The notes: generated by a model from the letters alone, not told the origin. A DNA stretch of 39,162 nt from Myxococcota bacterium (GCA_039814655.1 JBCCAW010000003.1:1-39162), one strand, 5' to 3'. Numbered from the stretch's first letter, positions 15,481 through 24,831 are shown. Numbers and translations: made by a program.

Positions 15481-18006
15481 ATGCGACCCGTTCGAAACTT
15501 GTTGGGCCCCGGCCTGGCTCTACTGCTGCTTACGTCCTGCGCTGGACCCGGTGATGGCGCGTCGAGTCGCGCCACGGCTCTGAGCAGCCCGCACTACGGC
15601 GCCGAGAACGCGGCCGGTGTCTGTTTGGGCGCGCGGATGACGCTCGCCGGAGCGATCGCTGCCGCCGGAGCCTCGGGCACCGTTTACGTCTCCGCGCAAC
15701 CGTCCGAGATCGTCGAGTTCTTCACGGCGACCGTGTTCGACTCGGTCACCCTTCTTCCCGCTGGGACCGACGCAGACGCCGGCGCCTGCGTAGACGATCC
15801 GCTCGCTCGCCCGACCGTCAAAGCGTTCAGCCGGGCGATTCGCCTCATCGACGTGGTCGCCAGCGGAGTCGACAAGGTCGTCACCATCCGCGGCGTGCAC
15901 CTCACCCACGAAGCCGATCCGGCGACCTTCGCTGGGGACGGCGGAACCATCTCGGCCGGCCGGAACACCACCTTGGCGCTCGCGGCCGGCGCGAGGGTCA
16001 GCAACGGTCACGCGACCGGAAGCGGCGGGTGCATCTTCGCCTTCCGTTCGACGGTGATTACGGACTTCACCGTCTCGATAGACGACTGCGAAGCCGACCT
16101 CGATGGCGGCGGCGTCGCCATCGTTCGCCGCAATCAGCAGAATCCGCTCACGAACGTGGTCGCGCGCGTCACCGGCAGCAGCGCCGGCGGCGACGGTGGC
16201 GGCATTCACGTCGACCGAGCGAACGTCTCTGCGTTCACGCTTCAAGACAACACCGCCGGCAACGATGGCGGCGGGCTCTACTTCACGTCCGCGGGCCTTC
16301 CCCAGAGTGTCCGCGTCGACGCGGACCTCATCGCCGGCCGCTGCACCTCGACCTTGGACGATTGCACCGAGGGGAACCGCGCCGGCGGAGACGGCGGCTC
16401 GGCCTTCGTGACGGGGCGAAGCAGCCGCTTCTCCATGGCGGGCGAGGTGGGTGACGGCGTCGCCGGTGAAGAGGGCGGCGGCGTTCACGTGACCAACCGG
16501 GCGCGCGCTCAGCTCTGCCCCAACACGGCGCTCTACAACAGCTTCGCCCAAAGCCACGGGGGCGGGATCTACGCGAACGCCAGCTCCATCGTTCGCCTCA
16601 TGACGGACTGCGAACCGCTCCTCACGCGCCTGAACGATAGGTTCACCATCCCGAAGCCCCCCTACGAAGGGCTGCCGGCGCCGGCGCCCTGCCCCTTCGA
16701 CGGCCCGGGATGGCTATCCCTGCTGAACACGCCAGGGCCCATCCTGATCACCGGCAACCACGCCGGTTGGCTCAAGCCGGCCCTTCCCTTCATCGCGCCC
16801 GTGCCCATCGACCCGACGCGGCTTGGCGGCGGCATCGCGCTGTTCAACGCGGACGCCAGCGTCGTGGTGGGGGCAGCCATTCTCCTCGACGACGTCCGCA
16901 TCGACGAGAACCGGGCCACGCAAGACGGTGGCGGCCTGGCCGTCACCCAAACCAGCACGTGGACCGTGGAGCCGGGCGATGGGGTCACCGGGCCACCGCC
17001 CATTCAGATCGCACTCAACCGCGCGACGAACGGCCAGGGTGGGGGCGTCTTCGCCAGCGGCGCGAGCTTGGTGAGCTTCAACGACACCTTCGGCGTGGTC
17101 GAGATCCTGGACAACGTCGCGTCGGATGGCGCGGCCCTGGCCATCACGAACGGCTCCAGCCTGGCCTTGGGTCACGCCGAGATCGTCGGAAACGTCGCCA
17201 CGAGCGGCGTGGGAGGCGTGGTGGTGGACGATTCCGCCGCGGTTCTCGGTACCGCGGTCGCCGGCTGCGGCGGCTTGGCGTCGGTCAACAAGCCGTGTCT
17301 CCGCATCGAGGAAAACGAGTCGACGGGTGTCGATGGATCGGCCGTCGATGCCGTCGACAGCGTCATCACCCTTCGTCGCGGCATCGTTCGCGGCAACATC
17401 GGCGCAGCCGGGGGAGCCTCGGTGGCCGTCCGCGGGACCTCGGGAAGCGCAACGATGGCCAACGTGACCGTCGGTGACTCGAGCCTCGACGGGTTCCGCC
17501 TGGACGTGGGCACCCTCGACTGCGACCACTGCACGTTCTTCCGGGCCGACGACGGGCTGCAGGTGACGTCTCCGGCAGTGGCGACCGTCGACAACTCGCT
17601 TTCGGTCCAGAACAACCTCGACACGCGCTTGATCGCGCTCTTGCCTGCGGCGGCGCTCAATGGCTCCTGCAACACGTCTACGGCGCCGGTGCCCGTGCCG
17701 GGCTGGGGCTCGGTGGATGCCGCGTTCGACGTCGACCAAGACGGGCGTCCGACGGTCATCAATGCGGACAACCAGTGCTCCGTCGGTCTCGAGTTCGACG
17801 TCCAGCGACTGACCCGGCCCGACCCGGCGGGCGCGGGCGTCCCGGGTGCTGGCGCTCCGGCCAACACCATCACGCTGTCGGACGCAGGCGCCTTCGAGCT
17901 GCCACACGCCTGCGGTGACGGCGTACTCGCCTGGTACGAGGCCTGCGACGACGGCAACTTCGTCGACACCGACGCCTGCAGCAACACCTGCACGCCGAAC
18001 CCCTGA
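15481..18006 (+). CDS. Large lipoprotein: Pmp-like beta-helix repeats, choice-of-anchor-Q-like motif and Myxococcus Cys-rich (DUF4215-like) repeat
   Basis: RBS GAGGAG; lipobox LTSC; repeated GGGI/GGGL/GGGV and N-x-A motifs; DVQRLTRP...SDAGAFE; C-terminal CGDGVLAWYEACDDGNFVDTDACSNTC. Confidence 0.8.
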   Translation: MRPVRNLLGPGLALLLLTSCAGPGDGASSRATALSSPHYGAENAAGVCLGARMTLAGAIAAAGASGTVYVSAQPSEIVEFFTATVFDSVTLLPAGTDADAGACVDDPLARPTVKAFSRAIRLIDVVASGVDKVVTIRGVHLTHEADPATFAGDGGTISAGRNTTLALAAGARVSNGHATGSGGCIFAFRSTVITDFTVSIDDCEADLDGGGVAIVRRNQQNPLTNVVARVTGSSAGGDGGGIHVDRANVSAFTLQDNTAGNDGGGLYFTSAGLPQSVRVDADLIAGRCTSTLDDCTEGNRAGGDGGSAFVTGRSSRFSMAGEVGDGVAGEEGGGVHVTNRARAQLCPNTALYNSFAQSHGGGIYANASSIVRLMTDCEPLLTRLNDRFTIPKPPYEGLPAPAPCPFDGPGWLSLLNTPGPILITGNHAGWLKPALPFIAPVPIDPTRLGGGIALFNADASVVVGAAILLDDVRIDENRATQDGGGLAVTQTSTWTVEPGDGVTGPPPIQIALNRATNGQGGGVFASGASLVSFNDTFGVVEILDNVASDGAALAITNGSSLALGHAEIVGNVATSGVGGVVVDDSAAVLGTAVAGCGGLASVNKPCLRIEENESTGVDGSAVDAVDSVITLRRGIVRGNIGAAGGASVAVRGTSGSATMANVTVGDSSLDGFRLDVGTLDCDHCTFFRADDGLQVTSPAVATVDNSLSVQNNLDTRLIALLPAAALNGSCNTSTAPVPVPGWGSVDAAFDVDQDGRPTVINADNQCSVGLEFDVQRLTRPDPAGAGVPGAGAPANTITLSDAGAFELPHACGDGVLAWYEACDDGNFVDTDACSNTCTPNP

Positions 18007-18023
18007 GCGGGAACGGACGACGC

Positions 18024-18064
18024 ACGCCCCGGGGTGAGCCTGAGCTCGCCTCGGGGCGTTCTTG
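18024..18064. terminator. Hairpin between convergent genes, probable terminator
   Basis: ACGCCCCGGGGTGAGC-CTGA-GCTCGCCTCGGGGCGT: 16-bp stem with two G-U pairs, then TCTT. Confidence 0.7.
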
Positions 18065-18118
18065 CGTGAGGTAGGCGCTGGTGACGGCCCGCGGACCTGC
18101 GCGGCGGGCGCCGGGCGC

Positions 18119-18358
18119 TCAGGCCTTCTTGCCGTAGCGCTTCTGGAAGCGGTCGACGCGACCCTCGGTGTCCATGACCTTCTGCGTGCCCGTGTAGAAC
18201 GGGTGCGAGAAGGCCGACACGTCGACGCGCACGACGTAGTGCTCCACCCCGTCGACCTCGCGGGTCTCCTTGGAGGTCATGGTCGAACGGCCGATCACCT
18301 CGTCGTCGCCGTCGACGAAGATGACCGGGTGGTACTCGGGATGAATGTCGGCCTTCAT
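18119..18358 (-). CDS. rpmE: 50S ribosomal protein L31 type B (Cys-free, 79 aa)
   Basis: MKADIHPEYHPVIFVD...DVSAFSHPFYTGTQKVMDTEGRVDRFQKRYG; ATG at 18358. Confidence 0.95.
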   Translation of the reverse strand: MKADIHPEYHPVIFVDGDDEVIGRSTMTSKETREVDGVEHYVVRVDVSAFSHPFYTGTQKVMDTEGRVDRFQKRYGKKA

Positions 18359-18429
18359 GGGAGGGTCCTGGGTCGTCGTCCGCGCGGGCCGTCCGGTCCG
18401 TTCCGGGGCGGGTTGCGCGCGAAGGGCGG

Positions 18430-18460
18430 AAGGTATGCGAGGCTCGCGCGCCCGCGTCAA
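18430..18460 (-). promoter_or_regulatory. Candidate sigma70 promoter of rpmE
   Basis: Minus strand TTGACG (18460-18455), 17 nt, then CATACC(TT). Confidence 0.45.
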
Positions 18461-18483
18461 GCAGGCCCGGCTATGCTGCCGCC

Positions 18484-18642
18484 GTGGACCTGATTCTCAT
18501 CGCGGCGGGCGCCGCGTTCGTGAGCTTCGTCGTGGTGGCCTTCGCGCTCGTACGCCGGGATCCGCCGCAGCCCGGACCGGACCCGCGCCTCGAGGCGAAG
18601 CGGGACGCGGACCCGGTCTCGAAAACGAACGGCGAAGGCTGA
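18484..18642 (+). CDS. Small single-pass membrane protein (52 aa, absent from the ORF track)
   Basis: GTG start; MDLILIAAGAAFVSFVVVAFALVRRDPPQPGPDPRLEAKRDADPVSKTNGEG*; fills the intergenic gap; TATGCT 6 nt upstream. Confidence 0.6.
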   Translation: MDLILIAAGAAFVSFVVVAFALVRRDPPQPGPDPRLEAKRDADPVSKTNGEG

Positions 18643-18663
18643 ACGCGCGCGCGCGGCGCGGGA

Positions 18664-21600
18664 TCAGTCGCAATACTGCGCGAGGCCCTGAGCGCAGCAG
18701 CTCTCCCGGCTCTCGTAGCCAAGGGCACAGTTCTGCGCGAGCTCCTCTTCGCCGAGCTCCGTGGCGAGGGCCTCGAGGGCCCCCTCCCGGGCCCGGGTGC
18801 GCTGCGTCGCGAGCTCGTCTCTGGCCTGGACCAGGTCCTCGCTGGCCTCCTCGGCGAGGTTGCGGGTCTCCCCGGGGTCGAAGTCGACGCGGAAGAGCGC
18901 CTCTTCGGGCAGACCGCGGGGGTTGCCCGCGTTCGCCGTGAGCAGCTTCCACTCGTCGGTGCCGCGCCGCTCGCGCACGGACTCGAGCACGTTCCCTTCG
19001 TGGCTCTCCTCGGCGTAGACCACGTCCGTGCCTTCGAAGATGTCGCCGCCCTGCACACCGGACGGCACCTCGAGGTCCTCGAGGCGGAGCAGCGAGGGCA
19101 TCAAATCGATGCTCTGCACCCAATGGCGCACGACGGTGCCGCCGCGGCGGCTCTCCGGGAGCTTCACGAAGAGGGGCACGCGCACCTGCTCGTCGTAGAG
19201 CGTCGTTCCGTGCCAGAAGCCGCCGTGGTCCCCGAACTCCTCGCCATGGTCGCTCGTGATGACCACGGTGAGGTCGTCGTAGAGGCCGCGCTGCTTCAGC
19301 TCGGCGATGAGCTCGCCGAAGCGCGCGTCCCAGAACGTGATCTCCCCGTCGTAGAGGCCGCGGAGCCGGTCCGCTTCGGCCGGGTCCGGCCGCGGATGGG
19401 CGCTCCGGGCGTAGCCCGTGCCGTCGTAGGGATGCACGTAGTAGGGGTCGTGCGGGTCCATGTACCCGACGAAGTAGAAGAAGGGCGCCGGCGAGGGCTC
19501 GTCGAGCCAGCTCAGCACCTCGGCGTTCACCGTGGCCGCGTCCCGGTAAACGCTCCCCGGGGACACGACGCCGAGCAGCGCCTTGCCCCGGTCGACGACG
19601 CGGCGGACCACCTGCATGAGCAGCAGCTTCACGGAGGCGTCGTCGGCCCAGAGCACGTTGTCCGGCTCGAGGTGCACGTAGCGGTCGAAGCCCTGGTGGA
19701 AGTTGTAGTGCGCGGTGAGGTTGTGGTTTGTGGCAAGGCCGCGCGTATGCCAACCGCTCGCGTGAAAGGCCTCGGGCAGGGTGACGAGCGCGTCCGGCAG
19801 ACCGTCGGTCTTCGCCATCACGCCGTGGTTGCCGGGGAGCCGGCCGCTCAAGATCGAGGCGAAGCTCGGCCGGGTCCAGCTCGCGTTGGCGAAGGCCTGG
19901 TCGAAGCGAACCGCGTCCGCGGCGAAGGCGTCGAGGTTCGGCGTCGCGCCGGCCTCGTAGCCGTAGGCCGGCAGGTGGTCGGCGCGGAGCGTATCGACGA
20001 CGAGAAAGAGCACGTTGCCCGCCCCCTCCGGCGCCGGCCGCTCCGGGCCGTTGTTGGCCGCGTTGGCCGGCTCGCCCACGAGAAGCGCACCCGCCGCGAG
20101 CACGGCGATGGCTGCGCCGCAGACCGCCGGGCTCGCCCAGCCGCGAAGCAGGAGCGGCGCCCGCCGAAGGAGCGCGCGGAGACCGAGCCAGAGGCCGACG
20201 TAGACGAGCGCCGCCGCCGCGAGGCAGCCGACGATGACGCCGAGTCCCGGCAGGCTCTTGAGCACGAGCTGCTCCTCGAAGACGTCCCGGCGCACGAGGA
20301 AGACGCCGAGCGCGAGGCCGAAGACGGCAACGAGGAGCGCGGTGGTGCGCGCGTAGGCATCGACCTCGGGCACGGCCTCGCGGCGCATGCGCCGGCCAAC
20401 CCAGGCGAGCACGCTCAGCATCACGCCGCCGCCGAGCGCGCAGAACACGCCGTAGGCCAGCGCGCCGTAGGCGAGCACGCCGTAGCCGCTCCGCCCGCCG
20501 CCGCCGAGCGCCACGGCGAGGCCCTCGCCCACGCCTACGATCACGCCGGCCAGGAGACCCGCGCCGAGCCCGAGGACGAGCGCCCGGGGGACCGCCGGCC
20601 ACTTCTCCGGCGGCACCTCCGGGAGCGACGCCTCGAAGGCCTGCTCGCGCTCGGCCTCGTCGACGGCGATGCGCGGCGTGTAGCCGCTTCGGCGCGCCAG
20701 GAAGATGAGCCCGCCGACGGAGGACACGAGCATCTCCGCGGCGAAGCCCACGGTCGGGATGAGCACGGCCACGGCCAGCGGCAGGCCCACGAGCGGGCTC
20801 GTGTAGAGCGCGACCGCCGCCGTATCGCGGAGGCCGATGCCGTTGATGGAGGCGGGCACGAGCGTGGCGAAGATCTGCAGGCTCGAAGCGAAGAAGACGT
20901 AGCCCACGCCGAGCTCGGCCCCGACGGCCCGCGCTGCGCAGACGTAGATGAGGTTGTTGAAGGCATGCACGCCCACGCCCAGGGCCACGGCCTGCGCGAG
21001 CAGGGCGCCCTTCCCTTCGTAGGCGCAGACCGCGTCGACGAGGGAATGGAACTTGGGCTGCACGGGCGTGGGCAGTACGCGAATGGCGAGGCGGAAGAGC
21101 CGCGGGCGCGCGAGCAGCGTGAGCGCGACGGCCACGATGCCGAGGAAGAAGGCGTTCACCAGCAGCACGCCGCCGAGGCCGAGGAAGCGCTCGCCGTAGA
21201 TCGACGCGCCCATGACGACGAGGCCGAAGGCGACCTGCCCGAGGAGCGTCTCGACGGCGATGGTCGCCGTGGCGCGCGCGGTCTTGCCCGTGTGCTTGGC
21301 GACGTCGTAGATGCGCCAGCCGCCGAAGCCCGTGAAGCCGCCGGGCGTGAAGGCGCCCCAAAAGCGCGCGATCATGATCGAGCCGGCGAGAAAGCGGGGC
21401 TCCGGGCGAATGCCCTGCCCGCGGAGCAGTGCCCGCCAGCGGAAGGTGGCGAAGGTGATCGCCGTGAGCTGCATGGCGATGGCCAGCACAAACCAGCCCG
21501 CGTGAAGGTCGCCGAGGCGCGCGAGCAGGTCCTCGGCCCCGTCCCGGCGAAGCACCTTCCGGTAGACGAGGGCGAGCATCGCCGCGGTGAAGGCCACCTT

Positions 21601-21714
21601 GAGCAACATCAGCAGGCGCTTTCGCGCAGCTCCGGGCTTGCGCTCCGGCAGCTCCAGACCCTCGCGCTCCGCCACCGGCGGAACGTCGCTTTCGCGTTCT
21701 TCGCGTGTCGCCAT
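18664..21714 (-). CDS. Fusion of a lysyl-PG synthase TM (flippase-like) domain, extra TM segments and a sulfatase-superfamily domain
   Basis: RWRALL, FTPGGFTG, PASINGIGLRD (LPG_synthase_TM-like); NVLFLVVDTLRADHL, SWTRPSFAS, YMDPHDPY, TSDHGEEF, HGTTLYDEQVRVPL, ALGY. Confidence 0.85.
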   Translation of the reverse strand: MATREERESDVPPVAEREGLELPERKPGAARKRLLMLLKVAFTAAMLALVYRKVLRRDGAEDLLARLGDLHAGWFVLAIAMQLTAITFATFRWRALLRGQGIRPEPRFLAGSIMIARFWGAFTPGGFTGFGGWRIYDVAKHTGKTARATATIAVETLLGQVAFGLVVMGASIYGERFLGLGGVLLVNAFFLGIVAVALTLLARPRLFRLAIRVLPTPVQPKFHSLVDAVCAYEGKGALLAQAVALGVGVHAFNNLIYVCAARAVGAELGVGYVFFASSLQIFATLVPASINGIGLRDTAAVALYTSPLVGLPLAVAVLIPTVGFAAEMLVSSVGGLIFLARRSGYTPRIAVDEAEREQAFEASLPEVPPEKWPAVPRALVLGLGAGLLAGVIVGVGEGLAVALGGGGRSGYGVLAYGALAYGVFCALGGGVMLSVLAWVGRRMRREAVPEVDAYARTTALLVAVFGLALGVFLVRRDVFEEQLVLKSLPGLGVIVGCLAAAALVYVGLWLGLRALLRRAPLLLRGWASPAVCGAAIAVLAAGALLVGEPANAANNGPERPAPEGAGNVLFLVVDTLRADHLPAYGYEAGATPNLDAFAADAVRFDQAFANASWTRPSFASILSGRLPGNHGVMAKTDGLPDALVTLPEAFHASGWHTRGLATNHNLTAHYNFHQGFDRYVHLEPDNVLWADDASVKLLLMQVVRRVVDRGKALLGVVSPGSVYRDAATVNAEVLSWLDEPSPAPFFYFVGYMDPHDPYYVHPYDGTGYARSAHPRPDPAEADRLRGLYDGEITFWDARFGELIAELKQRGLYDDLTVVITSDHGEEFGDHGGFWHGTTLYDEQVRVPLFVKLPESRRGGTVVRHWVQSIDLMPSLLRLEDLEVPSGVQGGDIFEGTDVVYAEESHEGNVLESVRERRGTDEWKLLTANAGNPRGLPEEALFRVDFDPGETRNLAEEASEDLVQARDELATQRTRAREGALEALATELGEEELAQNCALGYESRESCCAQGLAQYCD

Positions 21715-21894
21715 AGGTCCCTCGCTTTCGCCCTGCGGGGGTTCGCGCGCGATCCCATCGGCCCTGGGACCCCGTGCGGCCTCGTTCGCTAGCCTTCGCC
21801 CCCGAAGGGGTCAAGTAATCCGCCGGGGCAACGCTCCGGGGCCCGCGGTGCCTTCCGGGGTGGTGTTCCTCCGATTCGGGCGCATGTTCCCCGC

Positions 21895-22812
21895 GTGGCG
21901 CTCCTGCTCTCCCGCCTCGACGTCGCCCTCCTCGTGAGCGTCGCCGCCGCCGTGCTCTACGTGCTGGCGAAGCGCTGGGACCGGGCCCAGGCGGACATGA
22001 ACGAAGGCTGGCAGGCCTGGGCCGAGGCGCGGGGCGGCAGCTACCGCGAGTCGGCGACCTTCAGCGGCCGGCTGCGCGGGCTCCCGGAGGTGAGCGCCCT
22101 CGAAGGCGACGTGCCCGTATCGAGCGGGCGGGCGGTCTCGGACACAAGAGCCGAAGCCGTGGAGGACCTCCACGTGGCCGGCTTCGTGGTCGGCGGCGGG
22201 CCTCGCTTCATCGCGCATGCCGCGCCGGGCGGCGGGCTGGACCTCGACGCCGCGCACGAGGCCCTCGCCGAGGACGCGCTGTCTCCGCGTGCCCGGGCTC
22301 GCCTCGAGGCGCTCGGCGACGCGCTCCTCGAGCTTCGGGCCGAAAACGGCACCATCAGCGTACGCACGCGTCCCGCGGCGCCGGGATCGGCGGCCTTCGC
22401 GGCCGCACGGGAGCTCGCGGCGGAGCTGGCGAGCTTCGGCCGGGCGTGGCTCGGGCCCGTCGGGACCCTCGAGGGCGTGCGCGTGGAGGACGTGCGGGCC
22501 CGGGGCGCCGTGGCGGGAGTGCCCTTCGAGGCCCGGCTCCACGTGCGGCCCGAGCTGCGTGGCTATGGCGACGCCTCGCTGGTGCTCAGCGTGCCCGGCA
22601 CGCTGCCGCCCTCGGACGTGGTGCTCGGCGAAGATGCGACGCCGCAGGTTCCGGCGCCGGTGCTCGCGCTTCTCCACGGCGCCCGGCTCCAGACGGACCG
22701 CCGCGGCGCGCGCCTTCACCTGCCCGTCCGCCCGGCACCGACCGAGGCGGCGGTGCGTGCTGGAGCGCACCTCCTGGCCAGCCTCCGGGCGCCGGCGCTG
22801 CCCCTCGCATGA
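21895..22812 (+). CDS. Hypothetical protein with N-terminal membrane anchor
   Basis: Hydrophobic VALLVSVAAAVLYVLA; typical codon bias; GTG start. Confidence 0.6.
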   Translation: MALLLSRLDVALLVSVAAAVLYVLAKRWDRAQADMNEGWQAWAEARGGSYRESATFSGRLRGLPEVSALEGDVPVSSGRAVSDTRAEAVEDLHVAGFVVGGGPRFIAHAAPGGGLDLDAAHEALAEDALSPRARARLEALGDALLELRAENGTISVRTRPAAPGSAAFAAARELAAELASFGRAWLGPVGTLEGVRVEDVRARGAVAGVPFEARLHVRPELRGYGDASLVLSVPGTLPPSDVVLGEDATPQVPAPVLALLHGARLQTDRRGARLHLPVRPAPTEAAVRAGAHLLASLRAPALPLA

Positions 22813-22819
22813 GAGCGCC

Positions 22820-24112
22820 TCAGCGCGTCTGCCAGCCGTCGCTTTCGACGACCGTCTCCCGCCAGGCCGCGATCTCGTCCGGGAACTCCTCCTCGGCCCC
22901 GCCGTAGGGAAAGAAGAGGAAGGTATCGTCGGAGCGCCCGGGGACCGGGTCGACGCTCGCGAAGGCGGCGAAGCGAGGGAAGGACGGGAAGTAGGTGCCG
23001 AACTCCTCGCGGATCTGTGCGGCGCGGCTGCTCACGCCGTCGCCGGCGAGCATGCTGAACTCCGGGGCGAAGAAGGGACGCGTCGAGACGCGGCTCCACT
23101 CGGCGTAGGCCGTCTCGAAGGTCATGCGCAGCGACGCCAGGTCGCCGTGGTGCAGGCTCTTGCCCACGAAGTCCATGTAGTCGTCGCCGGGATACACGGC
23201 ATCGATGTCCCAGATCGCCTCGATGGCCGCCGGGGAGATCATGGTGTCCTCTTCGCCGCCTCCGAAGTACCCGCTCGATCCGTACATGAACCACTTCACG
23301 TCCGTGACGCCCTCCTCCCGGAAGATGTCGATGACCCGAATGAAGGCGTCGCGGACGCGCTCCGGGCCGTCGGGAAGCTCCGGGTCGCCGTAGTAGCGGT
23401 TCAGATCGTCGGCCACGGGAACGCGGAGCTCCGGCGCCACGTCCGGGTCCACGGCCGCGGCCTGGAGGCCGTCCGGACCGAAGGCGTAGAAGACGGTGTT
23501 GTCGAACTCGCCGAAGAGCGTGAGCCAGAGCTCCTTCTCGATGGGAGCCAGCGAGCCGGCGAAGGCGCGCACGTGGTCGTCGTAGCGGCCGGCCAGCAGA
23601 TCGCGCACCGTCGGAACGTTCGGGAAAGCCGCCGCCGGCACGTCGAAGTTCGGGAGCGGCATGGCCCAGCTCAAGGCGACGACGGTCTCCGGCTCGTAGA
23701 GGAAGTCGAGAAAGAGCAGCCCCTCGGGGTCGATGGGCGCCGGATCGACGCGCGTCTCCGGGTCCGCGATGGCCGCCTCCACGCGACCGGCATCGAGCCA
23801 GTCGACGAAGAAGTGAACGAGCGCCGGCGCGCCGCCCATCTTCGCCTCGTGCGCCTCGTAGTCGTCTTCTCCCAGGAGGAAGATGCCCGGAAGCCGGGGC
23901 CCCTCCCACGCGGGACCGCCCGCGTCCTGGGGCATGTCCGCCGCCGCATCGGCCAACATGTCACCGCCGCTATCGGGCGCCATGTCGACGGCCATGTCGA
24001 TCGCCATGTCAACGGCCGCGTCGGGACCGGCGGCGTCGTCATCACCACAGGCGACGACGAGGGCGACGCTCGCGATGAGTCCGAGGGGCGCGTTCAGGAG
24101 AGGCCTTCGCAT
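22820..24112 (-). CDS. Lipoprotein with a glycoside hydrolase family 26-like domain
   Basis: Lipobox VVAC; Asp/Met linker; LLAGRYDDHVRAFA, LTLFGEFDN (acid/base Glu), YPGDDYMDFVG, PFFAPEFS (nucleophile Glu). ATG 24112 chosen. Confidence 0.7.
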   Translation of the reverse strand: MRRPLLNAPLGLIASVALVVACGDDDAAGPDAAVDMAIDMAVDMAPDSGGDMLADAAADMPQDAGGPAWEGPRLPGIFLLGEDDYEAHEAKMGGAPALVHFFVDWLDAGRVEAAIADPETRVDPAPIDPEGLLFLDFLYEPETVVALSWAMPLPNFDVPAAAFPNVPTVRDLLAGRYDDHVRAFAGSLAPIEKELWLTLFGEFDNTVFYAFGPDGLQAAAVDPDVAPELRVPVADDLNRYYGDPELPDGPERVRDAFIRVIDIFREEGVTDVKWFMYGSSGYFGGGEEDTMISPAAIEAIWDIDAVYPGDDYMDFVGKSLHHGDLASLRMTFETAYAEWSRVSTRPFFAPEFSMLAGDGVSSRAAQIREEFGTYFPSFPRFAAFASVDPVPGRSDDTFLFFPYGGAEEEFPDEIAAWRETVVESDGWQTR

Positions 24113-24267
24113 GCGCCGCGACCGAGCAACGGCCGTGCCGGGCCCGGGGCCACGCCTCGCGCCGCGGGAACGGGGCAAGCGGGAACGCGAGTTCACGAGG
24201 CGCCGTGCCATTCCGTCGCGCTCGCCGACGCCGAGCGTCGCCGGCGGCGGGGCGCTAGCCTCTCTTC

Positions 24268-24831
24268 ATGGCGCAGCGGCCCGGCCCCGACGCATGCTTC
24301 GACGTGCCGCGGCTCCTGACGCACCCCGTCGTCGTGCTGGCCATCGCGCTCTGGTGGCTGAACGACCACGTGCTCAAGGCGGCCTTCGGCAACGCGCTGA
24401 CCGGGAAGCTCAGCGACGTGACCGGGCTCATCGCCACCCCGGCGGTACTCCTTGGTCTGCTCTGGCTCTTCGGTGTGCGCCCGGGCCGGCGCCTCGCGGG
24501 CACGCTGGCCGCGGCCACGGCCTTCGGGCTCGCCGCTATCAACCTCTCCGAGGCCGCCGCAGACAGCTACCGCGGCGCCTTCGCCCTGGCCTTCGGGGCG
24601 TTCGCGCACGGGGTCGACCTCCTGGGAGGTGCGCCCCTTCGCTTCGGCGAGGCGCAGCTCACCATGGACCCGAGCGACCTCTTCACGCTGCCGGCGGCGC
24701 TCGTCACTCCATGCATCGCGGAGCGACAGGCTCAGGGCGACCGGCGGCCGAGCTCCTCGAGGGAGAGGCGCACGACCGGCCGGCTCCGGCGCACGTCGCG
24801 CCGGGAGCAGGCCAGCCCCACCGACGGGTAG
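24268..24831 (+). CDS. Hypothetical membrane protein
   Basis: LWWLNDHVLKA, TGKLSDVTGL and MDPSDL between TM segments; TAGCCT 6 nt before the ATG; 3' end overlaps the convergent gene by 100 nt. Confidence 0.65.
   Translation: MAQRPGPDACFDVPRLLTHPVVVLAIALWWLNDHVLKAAFGNALTGKLSDVTGLIATPAVLLGLLWLFGVRPGRRLAGTLAAATAFGLAAINLSEAAADSYRGAFALAFGAFAHGVDLLGGAPLRFGEAQLTMDPSDLFTLPAALVTPCIAERQAQGDRRPSSSRERRTTGRLRRTSRREQASPTDG

Noticed and set aside
9003-18006. Type III-E CRISPR (Craspase) locus
   Set aside because: No cas7-11, cas1 or repeat-spacer array in the window; only the protease/sigma logic is analogous.
18400-18425. Zur box upstream of rpmE type B
   Set aside because: Only one GTTGC half-site is present, with no partner at 3-nt spacing.
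23925-24025. DMA/DAA repeats in the GH26-like lipoprotein
   Set aside because: Ordinary Asp/Met low-complexity tether of myxobacterial lipoproteins.
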